Positions 24,101 through 42,100 of a stretch of DNA of 64,000 nt are shown one piece after another (the stretch's first letter is position 1; each line of letters starts with the position of its first letter). This stretch comes from Paraspadella gotoi (Eukaryota > Animalia > Chaetognatha), in contig CM119263.1 in NCBI GenBank assembly GCA_051294375.1, forward strand, positions 8,498,908 through 8,562,907, in the 5' to 3' direction. The notes under the pieces are model-generated. The model was not told the origin of the DNA, searched no databases, and saw only the letters and a list, made by a program, of their open reading frames with translations. The position numbers and the translations under genes were made by a program.

Positions 24101-24586
24101 GTGCAAGTCCCAAACTCGGACTTCGCCTCCCAAACACCCAGAAGCAAGGATGTCTCTTTGCACGGGATGGAATTGCAGAGACCAAGGGGTGCGCGGGTGT
24201 CCCGTTAAAGTGCGCTCAGACACCCCGTTGCGGATGGACGTCAACCGAATTGTGTGGTCACCGTGGGAAGAAGCCATCCAAGTTCTATTAGGATTTAAGT
24301 CAATTACTTCAGAAACGCGGAATCACAAATTAATGAGTCAGCCTAAAAGTGGTTACCCGTCGGAAGAAAATGAGACGGCAAAGGTTGATCTTTGACCTCC
24401 TTTGAGTTCCACCGCCTCATTGTTGACGTTAAACCGCGAAGTCTTATCTTCGGCCAGTTGTCTTAACGCCGCGTTCGCGGTCGGTGCCAGAGCGTGACGT
24501 CGCCTCGAGTGACCGTCGGTCTCACGACGACGAATTGCAAACAACAAATTAGTTCTATAGCGAGTTCGTCTTCTATTGATAACCAT
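6054..24586 (-). CDS. AMBRA1: Activating molecule in BECN1-regulated autophagy 1 (split WD40 DCAF), 29 exons, about 2831 aa
   Basis: N-half motifs WMASSHGDH, LTGHPRTPWSLQFHP, LASGCLGGEVRVWDLH, FHPRVRLLVIATSNSLYFWDWS; C-half motifs [69 protein letters not shown]. Exons: 24586-24357, 24284-24101, 23938-23777, 23707-23445, 22902-22537, 21226-20099, 20030-19957, 19835-19253, 19164-18816, 17899-16479, 16360-16266, 16195-15745, 15671-15425, 14930-14830, 14638-14383, 14303-14036, 13732-13611, 13548-13410, 13264-13103, 12879-12803, 12591-12451, 12206-12105, 8353-8240, 8156-8002, 7838-7556, 7443-7298, 7221-7018, 6853-6727, 6599-6054. All GT-AG and phase-consistent, total 8496 nt. Confidence 0.93.
9503..10097. 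mobile_element. hAT-type MITE with 8-bp TSD
   Basis: TIRs tagagtggag / ctccacccta; TSD ttgtacag at 9495-9502 and 10098-10105; internal AT-rich inverted repeats (about 9640-9680 vs 9960-10000). Confidence 0.85.
11312..11700. other. GC-rich, hairpin-rich, internally duplicated intronic module
   Basis: Two diverged units sharing cacgtgatccga, aaaagcga, tttgttcgt.cggctcgc and gcaacacgcc; stems gacgagtgca/tgcgctcgtc, ttcgga/tccgaa, gggcg/cgccc. Confidence 0.5.
11719..12059. mobile_element. hAT-type MITE with 8-bp TSD
   Basis: TIRs taaggcgtagt / actacgctcta; TSD atggacat at 11711-11718 and 12060-12067. Confidence 0.85.
15150..15412 (+). repeat. Dispersed repeat family A copy in an AMBRA1 intron
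   Basis: Matches 161-520 (reverse) and 50640-50830. Confidence 0.75.
18001..18046 (-). ncRNA. Degenerate minimal type I hammerhead ribozyme (G12 to A)
   Basis: Minus strand aaaca CTGATGA a gactct aaagtgc agagtc AAAAC ATGTT tgtt. Confidence 0.65.
18633..18669 (+). ncRNA. Degenerate minimal hammerhead ribozyme (9-nt deletion in core and stem II)
   Basis: aaaca CTGAT [gaagactct missing] aaagtgcagagtc GAAAC ATGTC tgtt. Confidence 0.6.
20505..20930 (-). repeat. Coding 30-bp tandem repeat (ADQRHAKDSV, about 14 units) in AMBRA1 exon 6
   Basis: Plus-strand unit ggcgacgctgtctttagcatgccgctgatc, near-perfect at 20650-20850 and decaying outward. Confidence 0.95.
21370..22005. mobile_element. Possible old TIR element
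   Basis: aatttctgaccagtgcgtaa (about 21379) vs ttcgcactgcatcggaatt (about 21982) are imperfect inverted repeats around an AT-rich core. Confidence 0.35.
22095..22215 (+). mobile_element. HINE/DINE-1-like element 3' part
   Basis: (gaca)n microsatellite, tatag, terminal hairpin ccgcgagtactcgcgg, then aactaaaaa. Confidence 0.6.
22228..22470 (+). mobile_element. tRNA-derived SINE remnant (Met-like head)
   Basis: Anticodon-loop-like gctcataac and B-box ggttcaattcc, followed by a GC-rich non-tRNA body; no complete cloverleaf. Confidence 0.5.
23067..23271. mobile_element. Short TIR element with internal telomere-like (ccctaa/ccttaa) repeats
   Basis: aattttacttacgccgaccg vs cggtcggcgaaaataaaatt; similar ggttag-rich tracts at about 25900-25970 and 35960-36140. 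Confidence 0.55.
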
Positions 24587-24740
24587 TTTAAACTCCTTTC
24601 GTTCGTTTTTAATCGCATTGAGTCATATGAAAACTAAAGCTTAAATAAAACGTTAAATGAACCCAAAAAATGGGCTAATTCATGTTTAAACGAGGAGAGG
24701 CTGCTGTAATCAGTCTTCGGAAAATGTAATCCTGGTATTG

Positions 24741-24748
24741 TCACGTGA
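24741..24748. promoter_or_regulatory. TCACGTGA E-box (CLEAR/MiT-TFE-type) about 155 bp upstream of the AMBRA1 ATG
   Basis: gTCACGTGAa seen directly; function inferred from TFEB control of autophagy genes. Confidence 0.4.
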
Positions 24749-25513
24749 AATGTGGTGGAAAGGCTTGAGACTTAATACTTGGCTGAATTCAGCACCGAAT
24801 TCAGTCTTCAGTTTTAACCGCAGCAGCTGCCCCAATCAAGAGCAGAGGCTGCTGATTTCCTTTCGCTGCAGCTGCTGCGGAGCCGCGTAATTCATGAAGA
24901 AGGATGAAACAAATTTATAGACAATTTTATAAAATTGCAGTGTTCGACCATCATACATCATAGCTAATTAAACAAAAAATCCGTAACTATCGTTAAAGTA
25001 TTAAGTATTCGTTAACAAATAAGTACGAGAAGGAGTAAAGCGGGAGCCATTACCGAACCGTCGCTGCTTTTACTGCGGATTCGCAGCCGCTGATCAGCTG
25101 ATTCCTGTAAAACTCTAATCTGTCGAGTCAAGTCATTTAGTAGTTTTATTTTTAGTTTAATTACAGACTAGTAATAGTTTCTTAGGCTACATCTTTATCA
25201 ATTTAATGTTGTCTTTTTATTTTTTGTTTAGCATTAGTATTTGGAATTTCATTTACAATAGTCAATATCATTTCTTTCTCATTTGCGAAAACATGACAAA
25301 ACATGACAAAAACCCAACTTACTCGTGAGAAAGAGACCTCTCGTGGACAAGTCTTAAATCTACTAATAGGAAAAAACAGCAACTTCTTATATAATTTTTA
25401 TATAATTTATATATTGTTTGTACCAATTTCATATGTTTTTATTGATATTGGTAATTAGTCGTTAAATTAGCTGAATTAAACTTTTTAATAAGTTTTTTAA
25501 TAAGTTTTTTTTT

Positions 25514-25744
25514 ATGGGTGTTATTAAGCCAAGATCCTTTTTAGGTTTAATTTTATAAGACAGTTTAGTTATTTGCAACAACAATTTATTATTAAAAGAT
25601 AAACATGTTTCGGCTCGAATTCGAGCCTTCATCAGTGCCAAAATGTTTTGTGAATTACTCACAAACATAGGCTATGTTGTTGCAAATAACTAAACTGTCT
25701 TATAAAATTAAACCTAAAAAGGATCTTGGCTTAATAACACCCAT
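25514..25744. repeat. Fold-back with about 70-bp near-perfect arms enclosing a hammerhead motif
   Basis: atgggtgttattaagccaagatcc...gcaacaaca (25514-25583) and its reverse complement (25675-25744). Confidence 0.9.
25600..25638 (-). ncRNA. Penelope-type minimal hammerhead ribozyme with intact core
   Basis: Minus strand gca CTGATGA a GGCTCG aatt CGAGCC GAAAC ATGTT; stem I is weak. Confidence 0.7.
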
Positions 25745-27878
25745 ATTTCATCGGAAAAAACTTATTAAAAAGTTTAAGTCATAGGTTTAATTTTTAAAAT
25801 TAAACCTAAAAAGGATCTTATATTCGGAGACTAAAACCTAGCCAGTCAGTGATTTTTTTATGTAGTTTTTTGCATCTTTTTATTAAATTTAAGAGAGTTA
25901 AGGATAACGGTTACGGTTATGGACTTCTGGGGGTTAGGCGTAGGGCGCTGGGGTAGGGGGGTTAGGCAGCTGGTAGAAAAGTAATAAATATTCTACTTTT
26001 ACAAGCGTCAAACGATAAAAAAAAAAAAAAAAAAAAAAAACGACTGTTTAGAGGGGAGGTATCAATTTCCGAATTAAAAATTTTACGGTATGCCGAACAT
26101 TCTGAATTTTCTGAATATTCTGAAATTTCACAACTAAGATATTAATTATTATCATTTTTCAAATTACATATTGGTTTAGTCATGGCTTGTTGTGACGTTT
26201 AATGATTTAACGAAAATTCAGCGACGTTCAAGACGACCATGACACTTGGGTGATTTTTTCGCGGTTTTCTCCTTGTGACGGAATCCAATTCTCGCTTTAC
26301 CTTTTTATCTTTTATCTAGCCGTCGTCGTCTTCGTCGTCGTCGTCTCCCACGTCCAACACCGCCCCTTTTTCGCTTAAGACACACAGACACATCGTTTCG
26401 AGATTCGTTTAGCATCCAAATCGTCGTCCATATGATGAATATAACTTCAGAAATTTAACGTAAAACGAAAAGATGTGGTAGTACTATAGGAGTATTTTTA
26501 CTTAAAATTACTTCAAACAGTTTACGGCATATTGATATTAATTATTCACATCGAAGACAAGTTTGTGTTATTTTTCTCGGTGAACCGCGATTTCACAGTC
26601 GCGTTCCACTGTCGATCACGCTTTCACAGAGTAACCATAGATATTTATGTTATTTAAAGAAAGAAGTTCCAATTACAATTCCCCCCCAAAAAAAGACAAA
26701 ACTAAACAAATGAATATCAAAAAAGTTCATTGCGTCATTTTTTGTGAAAAACCGCTATTACAACTATTTTTCTTTTCTCATAGCTGATATTGGCCTGCTA
26801 TTTATTCCTAATTTTCGCTACTATTTGTGCCTTTTCTATACCTTACTGGCCTGTCCTACTTTCGTGCTTAAAATATCCGCAGCTTCATTGCTTTTGTTTC
26901 CAACTCCAAGGACGAGAGTCAAATGACACAGCAAAAGTTAATGGATCAGATTTCAATAAAATTTGTAACAAGAATCTTAAAGGCTGATGTTTGCGTAACT
27001 GAAATATAAAATAAGCCGTCGCTGCATATTTTTCGGCTGTCGTTGACATTAAATATAAACTAATTAACTATCCAAAACTACTAAAATTTTTCTCCATGCC
27101 CAATGGGAAATTGCCCATATTTCTGAGCCAGGGATTTCTTGACCTGTGTTCATCAATCGACGAGTCCTCGACGTCGACGACTTGGTTGAAGCCCGATTAA
27201 AGACAACGAGTGTAGAGCGATTTAGGGAATGCGCGATCGAATAAAGGGGAGTGAGCGATCGAATGATCGAGCGATTGAGCGATTCAGGGATGAGGATTGA
27301 GGGAGGGACGAAAGGACGATCGAAACACATGGACCGTCTTCAATTTTATCTTGATCGCTTGAAGTTTAACGTGACCCCCTTTGTCGCTCCTTCATCGTCG
27401 TTGTTGTTTAATGTACTACATATTTTAAAACAGCCAAAGCTCAGTTCATTGTAAAAGCAAAAGGGCGTTCTCCCATTAAAAAAAAATACTCATTTAAAGT
27501 TGAAATTACTTCTGACCTATCATCAATACAACAATGAAACCTAGTCTTGATCTTGGGACCTACCGTTCGAAAGGATCTGACAAAACAACCGGGCCGTAAG
27601 ACGCGAGCCTCTTCTTCGCAACGACAATCATCTCCTCGTTTTTATTGTTTTCTTCGTTCACAACATTTTCTTCATCGACCATAGTCATTGTCCTCGTCGT
27701 CATCATTTTCGTCTTTTTCTTTATTTAACCAATTTTGAAATTCATTTTCATTTTTTTGAATAATTAATAAATGCCCACAAAATTTTGGCCTCAAAACGAA
27801 AGCCAAACCGAGTAAGAAAGCCGCAAGCGCGTTTTATCAACGTTTTAAAAAAATATGCTGACGAAGGCACCGCAAAAT

Positions 27879-29505
27879 ATGACATCCACAGCGACGCGCA
27901 GATGGATAGTTTCCAGGATAATCTTCATTATCTTGGTTCAGTTTTTTTCTGTGTCGAAATCAGAATCTCCTCAAGGAATTTACCGGGTGAGAAATTCTTT
28001 CAGTTATGGTTTAAAATAAGAAACTCCTCACTCACTTTGTTATCGTTGGCTTTAAAATTGTCTACACTACCTTAGCTGTGTTGCAGCTATCGCACTATTT
28101 TAAATCCTAGTTTTTTGATGCATTTACCAATGAATGGAAAAATGATGATCAACTTGTTCACAGTACTTGTTGGAAGGGGACGACGCCCTTAGTGATGACT
28201 TCATCACCAACGTACGACTCAGATGTGAGGACGACAGCGACGATGGCCGAGACGATTGCCCCGCGCTTATTCGTGAGTCCTTCTCCGCTATATCACGCGT
28301 CACAGATCACGTATTTGTCTCTTTAAAGCACTTTCACGTTTAATTTTTTCTAATTTTTCTTATTGCAATTTCCATTCCTTTATAGCCAACAATAACCAGG
28401 CTTTGTTAGCTTTTGTTAGCTTTTTGTTAGCTTCAACAAATAACTCCCCTTTTCTTATTCTTTCATGACTGTTGACGATTCTAAATTCCCGCCTCCTCTT
28501 CCCTGCCCGAAGAGGAGTTCCGCAGTCAGTCTAAGATCTTCGCCAAGTGCGACGTCAGCGCCGTCGCCTTCGAATCCAAGATGGCGTCGTTCCTCGCCAA
28601 CTGCGGCGCCGACTTCAAGCTGGTCGTTAGACCCCAAGACGAGAAGGAGATGAGGTGGCGCGTCTGCATGCACGAGAAGCAGATAGGTGAGAATGAAGGT
28701 TTCGTGCACTGTAGACTGTAGACTGTGAGTGGACTGTGACTGTGACTGTGACTAGAGAGGAGAAGATGAGAAGATGAGAAGATGAGCTTGGGTTAAATGG
28801 GGTCGTTTGTGAATTTTTGATGTATTATTCGGTAGATCGCATTTTAGTAGCGTGTTCGGAGTACAACTTATCGCTTTTTCCCTATCCCTCTCTTCTCCCG
28901 AAGGATGGATCGACGGCAGCTTGACCAGTCTGACTCTCGAGCTGCTACATCAATGTCCCGGAACAGCGAGGACCTGTCTCACCGTCTTCAAGAATAAAGT
29001 TGGCGGTATCGCGCGAACCATTTATCAACAACACGAAATATCTTGTGGTGAGGATGACGAAGTCGCCGAACGGATAAAAAATTATTGATAAAGTCTTACT
29101 AAGGGCAAGGTTGAAAAATAAACTATAAATCAACAAAAAGAAACGGTCGACTAGTTGGGTTTGCATGGTGCGTAATATTGACTTGAGTCTTTAAATCATT
29201 TCTTTTTAAATTCCTTCTTTTTTCTGATACTCGCTTCCTCTATCCCTCCTTTTCCCTCCCCTAAAACTTCTTTTTTAATCTCCCTTGTCTTCTCTAACCC
29301 TCCCTTACCCTTTTTTCGAGGGGATCTCCACTCCGAACTCTCGGAGGCCATCAACTCTTGCGCCAGAGACTCGGCCCGAATCCCTCGGGGCGCCTCCCGT
29401 CGTCCGCTCTACGCCTTTAAGAACTGTCTGGACAGGAAGATGCGCCGTTGGACCGCCAAAGTGGAGAAGGAGGCTCCGAGGAGAAGGACTGCTATCACCG
29501 CTTGA
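27879..29505 (+). CDS. Uncharacterised secreted protein, 239 aa, 10 Cys, two internal repeats
   Basis: Exons 27879-27986, 28164-28272, 28513-28686, 28904-29047, 29321-29505; donors gtgaga/gtgagt/gtgaga/gtgagg; phases 0,1,1,1; 720 nt open to TGA; N-terminus MTSTATRRWIVSRIIFIILVQFFSVSKS is signal-peptide-like. Confidence 0.75.
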
Positions 29506-30436
29506 AGGGAGGGAGGAGTGAAGGAGGAATGGAAGGAGAAGAAGTGAAATGAAAGCGAATGGGAAATGTTGAGATGGGAATTTAAAGCGAATGGGAAATG
29601 TTGAGGAGAGAAGTGAAAGAGATGCAAGGAAAAAAAAAAGAATAAATGCGGGGAAAAGAGAGAATTAAAAAAAAAAAAAAAAACTGTTATTAAACGGTAT
29701 TGTTTTTTATTTTCTTTTCAAAAAAATTACTAAACTGTGTATGAATCTATGTTCTAATGAAATAGAGCCTTCAACATTATTTCGTAAATTTGTCTATTAG
29801 CATTTTAGATTGAGGCGTCAGTTAAAACCACTCAACTAGTATAGAGTTTAGTTTCGCCTGTGCACTTTAGTCTATACCTATGACAAGTTTGTAAACAACT
29901 AATATATATAACTAATATATATCTATTAAAAAAACATAAAAAGTAGGTATAATATAATAATGTATAATAATATTATAAAAATATATAATATTATAGAAGG
30001 TATAATAATATAAATTATATAACAGGATGACTCCTCAACTTACCTTTAAGAAACTAACATCAAACTCCGTATGGACTATTTGTTATATTGTTTATTGCCT
30101 GCCTTTTTCTCTGCATAATTGTTAATTATCATCATCCCAACGTGTTCTTATGTCAAGAAAACTCCTATTTCTCCCGTAATAAACCACGCCTACTTCCTTC
30201 GTTGATAAAATACAATTTATAAAAATACATGCATCAAAAATATAACGGTCTTACTTAAGACAATATTAAGAAATCATCTCTTACATACACTAAGTCTAAG
30301 CTTGGTTAAATACGTAGTTCCAACTAAAATATTCATATTAAAATCAATCTAACTATACTGTAGGCAAGGCAGAATCCAATGAGGGCTGTTCAAGTCAAAG
30401 TTATCAACGTGGCGCGTGGCAGCTGTTTTTTTTTTC

Positions 30437-30530
<94 letters not shown>
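30437..30530. repeat. (TTTC)n microsatellite
   Basis: Direct observation. Confidence 0.95.
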
Positions 30531-30531
<1 letters not shown>

Positions 30532-30993
30532 CGTCCATTGTTGCCGATTTTCCGCCAATTGTTCTTTTGTTTACGAAAAGAAAAAGTGCGGCGATTCCAT
30601 CGCAAAAGTTTCGATTTTTGGCAGATGGCGTTCAATCCAGATGACGGAACCAATAACCTAAATTACAGCACTTAAAATTTAGACAAATTACAAATTATAC
30701 TTCATTTTAAATTCATCGAAAAAAAGCACAACCTTTCAAAATAACTTTCTCGCTTAAGCCTTAACTTAAATTACAAATTAGGATTTTTTCGGTGATGTTA
30801 TTGGGCGAATAGGGAGAATAATATTGTTGCCACTCACGGATTTTTATAAGTCGCTTTGATTTATTACCGACTTTTTTCTTCAAATGTTGAAATCATAATA
30901 ACCAAATTCACACTACAAGGGATGTCTCGTTAAATCTGCCTTCATCGTCTGTCCGTCTGGACCGCAGCATCTGAGCTGTAAATGCATTCCGTC

Positions 30994-31105
<112 letters not shown>

Positions 31106-31374
31106 AAAAGAAGGGAAAAAAAATAAACACAAAAATGAACGAATCGAAAATTGAGAAAAAAAGGCGATTAAAAATAAATCTTTGCGGAAATAAATGATGT
31201 TTAAATTAAAACAAACACTTTAAATTTTAAACCGTTGATCAAAAATATAAGCGATTCCGAATGAAAATTTTTACGATAAACTATACCAAAAAATTGTTTT
31301 TTAGTATATTTCAAAATAAAAAGTTTCAATTTCCAATTGTCATCGTCAGCGACGATTTTTCCGCCACCGTTGCC

Positions 31375-31407
<33 letters not shown>

Positions 31408-32906
31408 TCCATTCTTTCAAATCGGATTTGAAGGGAAAACGAACTTGTTTTTCCTGCCGGAGGACAACTGGGGTCATCTATAATTCAACCACAGAATCTT
31501 TTCAAAATGTCCCCATCTGTGTTTTGTTTCTCTCGCGATCAAGTGTCGCTTTTTTCTTAAAGTTCATCTCCGTTTTTTTTTACTTCATTCATCTTTCATC
31601 TCTCGATCGACGCTGATTGATATGTATTATGTGCATATATTTAGCAAAAAAAAAACCTTGTCTATGAATATAAATAAAAATGTAAACGAATACTCTTTTC
31701 GCAAATTAAAAACGAGCCAAGGCCCAAGCGGTCCCCGTTACGTAGCTTGTTAAAAGATTTGTCTTTAAATCCTTTTTTTCTCTCTCTCTCTCTCTCTGTC
31801 TCTCTCTTTCTTTCCTTCTCCCCCATTCGGTCCCTTTCTAATTCTTTTCCCAATTCATCACCTCCTCTGCTCAGTTCCTCTCCCGATTCATCTCACCTCA
31901 GTCTCCGCTAATTCAAATCTTAATTGATGACTCATTCCAATTCTCAAACTCGGCGAGACAGAAAAAAAGAGGAAGCGGTTGGGGGGGGAGGTGAGGTGAG
32001 CACGGGGTGATTTTGGGCGCAAGGGAATATCCGATGCTGATTGCTGCGGTAAGTTCGAAAAAAGGTAGGTTGAGCGGAACAAGAGAGGATTAAAAAGGTA
32101 GGATAGATGAAAAGCTGTGGGTTAAATAATGAATATGAAATTTACTACGTATTACGATTTTCTCTCATTTCCCCGATCGACAATAATCGTTTCAATTTTG
32201 TGTATATATAATTCAATTAATTTATTAGCAAGATTCTCTGTTTACGTCAGCCCCGAGAATTCGAGCAGCAATTCCATAAGTCACTCTTCCCTCTGTCCGT
32301 CCGTCCGTCTCTCTTTTTTATTCTGTTCCAAATGAATGAACTTCTTCCATTTTTCGGTTCTGCTTCATCTCTTCCACTACATATCTCTCGAGAAATTCCC
32401 CACTCTCTTCACCGGCCCCCAAAACTTCCTTGCGTAAAACTCTCCGCGGGGCGAAGATGCGCCCTACCCATCGATAATACTCTATCCAAAACCCCCTACC
32501 CTTTGCAAATATCTCGTGTGATACCCCCTTTGGCGATTTCAAACAAGCGAAAGCCTTAAAAAAAAAAAAAAAAAAATCCCGCAGTCTCGACTCTCGAAAT
32601 GAAACTTCCCAAAGGCTTTCCAGGATATCCGCCTTCCCCAAGCTCCCCCACTTTGGCCCTCATCCACCCCTTCCCGTTCTCCCCCCCCAATCCCGCCCCC
32701 TCGCCAGTCTCACTTTCTCGTATTACCCGCCCCCCCCTTCCTCGACTCACGAACTCCTTCGCCCAGTCTCTTCCGTTTTTCTATCGCTTCTTTCTCCAAA
32801 TGTTCCACTCTATCATGTCTCACTTTTTATCCTCTTTTCCAATAACCACAACCCCCCCCCCAACTTTCCACAGCTAAACCTATAATCTCTTCCTCTCTGA
32901 CAATCT

Positions 32907-33005
<99 letters not shown>

Positions 33006-33129
33006 CACAATCCCCCCCCTTAACACGAGAATTTCATCGGATTATTCTCTGTTTCCAGTCCCTCCCCGTCCGACGGCGTCTTCCCCTTTGCTCACCCCCG
33101 AATTTGCCTTCTCTCTCTCTCTCGCTCAC

Positions 33130-39159
<6,030 letters not shown>

Positions 39160-39198
<39 letters not shown>

Positions 39199-42100
39199 AT
39201 CTCTCTCTCTCCTCTCTCTCTGACTCGTCATTCTCTTTTCTCTTCTCTCTTCGCCAACTGCCCCCTTGGCCATATTTTGTGTTGCTCCTGCGCCCCCTGG
39301 GCCCGAAACCCGGTAAGGTAGTCCGTCGACTTTTCCTACGTCCGATAGAGGCACCGGATGTTCGAAGAGAGAAGATAAACAACTAACACAACGGAAGGAT
39401 GAAAAAATTGCGGGCAGGGGGAAAAACAATAGGGTTAACATGAAAAAAAATAAAGGATAGACTTCGTCCCTTTAGAAGCTGTCGTTAAGATTCTGGATTA
39501 GTAGAATACGTTTTGATGATTTAAAATAGTTGAAAAACTAGAGAGAGAGAATGAGACGGAAAGAGAGAAGAGGGAGACAGAAGAGGTAGATGTAGAGATC
39601 GGAGACGAGAGAGGAGATGAGAAGTAGGAGGACCTGAGAGAGAGATAGACGGGAAATGTCAGGTGACCATAATATGACAAAATGAACTTTCTTATTGGAA
39701 ATCTGCAGAACCAAATACATGGCTCACGGCTTTAGGATAACAGTCTCATCGAATGGAATCGTCGTAGCTCCTTTTCTTTTTGCTCTTTCGGTTTCTTTTT
39801 TCTTTTCTTTTTCTCGATTCTTCTTGCTTTCTCTGTGCCTTTCTTTTTGTCACTTCTCAATTATTTTTTTCCCTTTCGTCTCTTAGGCTGTTCTGGAATT
39901 TCTAAAGAAATAAGTGTTTTTAAAAAGCGTATTCGAGTAGGTTAGAAGAGAAACTTTACCTTGCCTAGAAAGTTCAAGAAATAAAAATCAACCGGAAAAA
40001 ATTGAAAGACTAACGAGTTTTGAAAAAACACAGAGGGTCTCGAGCATAGAACTCGACAAAAAGTTATTTTTCGACCTGGACAGAATAGCTCGGAAGTATT
40101 TGGCCCAAACGGCCAGCATCTAAGACAAGACGGAGAAAAAGGGATGAAGGAGAGGGAGAGAGAGGGAGACGTGAGACGGAGGATGGAGCAGATAACGCAA
40201 GAGGGAGCATGGAGGAGAGAGAGAAGAGACTCAGCGACGGAGCGGGCCCCCCCTTCATGCGTACAACCTCGTTTTCGAGATCATCTTCATGACCTTTTCA
40301 CGTTTTTTGGTTGTCTCTGTGGATACCGTTTGTGTGTGTGTGTGTGGTGTGTGATAGGATGATGGAGACGCAGAGAGGTGATGAACTAGGAGAGACCGAG
40401 GGAGAAAGATACGAGGAAGAGAGATGAGATAGATGAGAGAAATTTCCCCGAGAGATGGAGGGAGAGAAAGTTTGTAGACGGAGAGTCTTAGAGAACGCTT
40501 TTTGAGAGGGAGCGTTTGTTTTCGCTCTCTTTGGGGGTTTCCAGAGGCCAGTTTTCGATGACTGAAAAAAAACGGTGGAATTAGCGCGAATCTTCTGAGA
40601 TGGATCAATTGATCAGAATTAAGAATAAAGTCGAAGAAGAAAATGGGAGTGAAGTCGTGTCTGTAACTAAAAAGTTAATATAGTACTCATCGACTGTACA
40701 AAAAAGATAATGGGTCATTAAAAGGTTAAAATAAAAAATCTTTAGCAAGTGAAGAATCAACATAAATAAAACTAAAAACCGCTCTAATAATGATTTCAAA
40801 GGAAAAAAACACCTTTGAATCCCGAAAAAAAAAAAATCTTGCGGCGACCACCTAAAAACCGTCTTATATCTCTAACATGGCTTTAAATTTCAAGGTTTCC
40901 TTTCCTCAATGAAACGTCACACCACCAACACAACAATCTCGAAACAAAAACAAATCCATCTCCAAGCCTCTTTGACGCCTCGAAAAGACGTCGTCACAGC
41001 AATTAAGGAAAAAGAGATTTTGGTACTGTGACAGGGAAACTGACAAGGACACTTATCACTGCTTTTGTAATTGGTGGATAAGGTCCGACTTTATTCTATG
41101 ATTTATTCTCTCTCTTGCCGTCGATGTGTGGCCGCTCTCCTCTCTCTTCTTTCTTCTCTCTCTCTCTCTCTCTCTCTTAGATAGATGACCTCCGCGTAAA
41201 ATCGGTTCTGCCTAATCGAATCTTCACTTAGCGTCGGCCACCGCCGTGGTCGGTCTTCGCGACGTCTTCCGTCACCTGTTCGTCTCGTCTACCGCGGTCA
41301 TCCGTCGTGCCGGTCGTCTCGGTCGTTCAGCCTCGAATGCGTCAAAGGACAAAAGCTGATCGATCTGTTTTTGGATCGGCCGAAAACTGAGTTACTGGAA
41401 GTCATTCTCTTTGAGTGCTTTGTGGAATCGTGTGAAAGTGGGAGATGAAGGGAAAGGCCCTCACGAAGTTGAAGGCGGGAGAAACAAAATGGGCACAGGG
41501 GATTTTTTTTCAATGACTTGTTTGATCATTTATTTTACGAACCTACCATCGTGTATGTGTTACTCGCCTTTACTATGATGTACTAGAACTAATGGCTATT
41601 CCTCTGTGATATTTCTTTAAATTTGTTATCGTTAATCAGGTCTCTTACTGTATTAAATTTCTTTGAAAATAAACTGTTAATATACTTTACTTATTTCCTT
41701 GTTACTAAATAAATTAAAATATAAAAAGAAAACAAAATTGATGAAAAAAAATAGCATAACCCGTGAGGGTTTGCAGAAAGTTGCAAAGAAGAATGTTCAT
41801 TTATGAAGAGAAAAACCCAACACCGAGTAATCATAAGGAAAAACGAGGCGGGCGCGGGAAACAATTCATAAATAACAATGATGAACAAAACTTTGAACTC
41901 TTTCCATCAACCGAATGGGGTTAAAAAATTATAAACAAATAAAACTTTCCTTCTGGCAGAAGCAAAAGAAAAGGACATGAGAAAAATTACTCTCTCTTAA
42001 TGTCTAAACACAATGAGAAACGAACAAACATTCCGTAATGACAAGAAGCGTTAGAAAACAGATAGAGCGAGAGAGGAGAGGAATGAGACGAGATAGAGAG

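Noticed and set aside
24780-24812. Hammerhead on the minus strand (CTGAAGA plus ctgaattc/gaattcag stem)
   Set aside because: No GAAA after the stem; just a short palindrome
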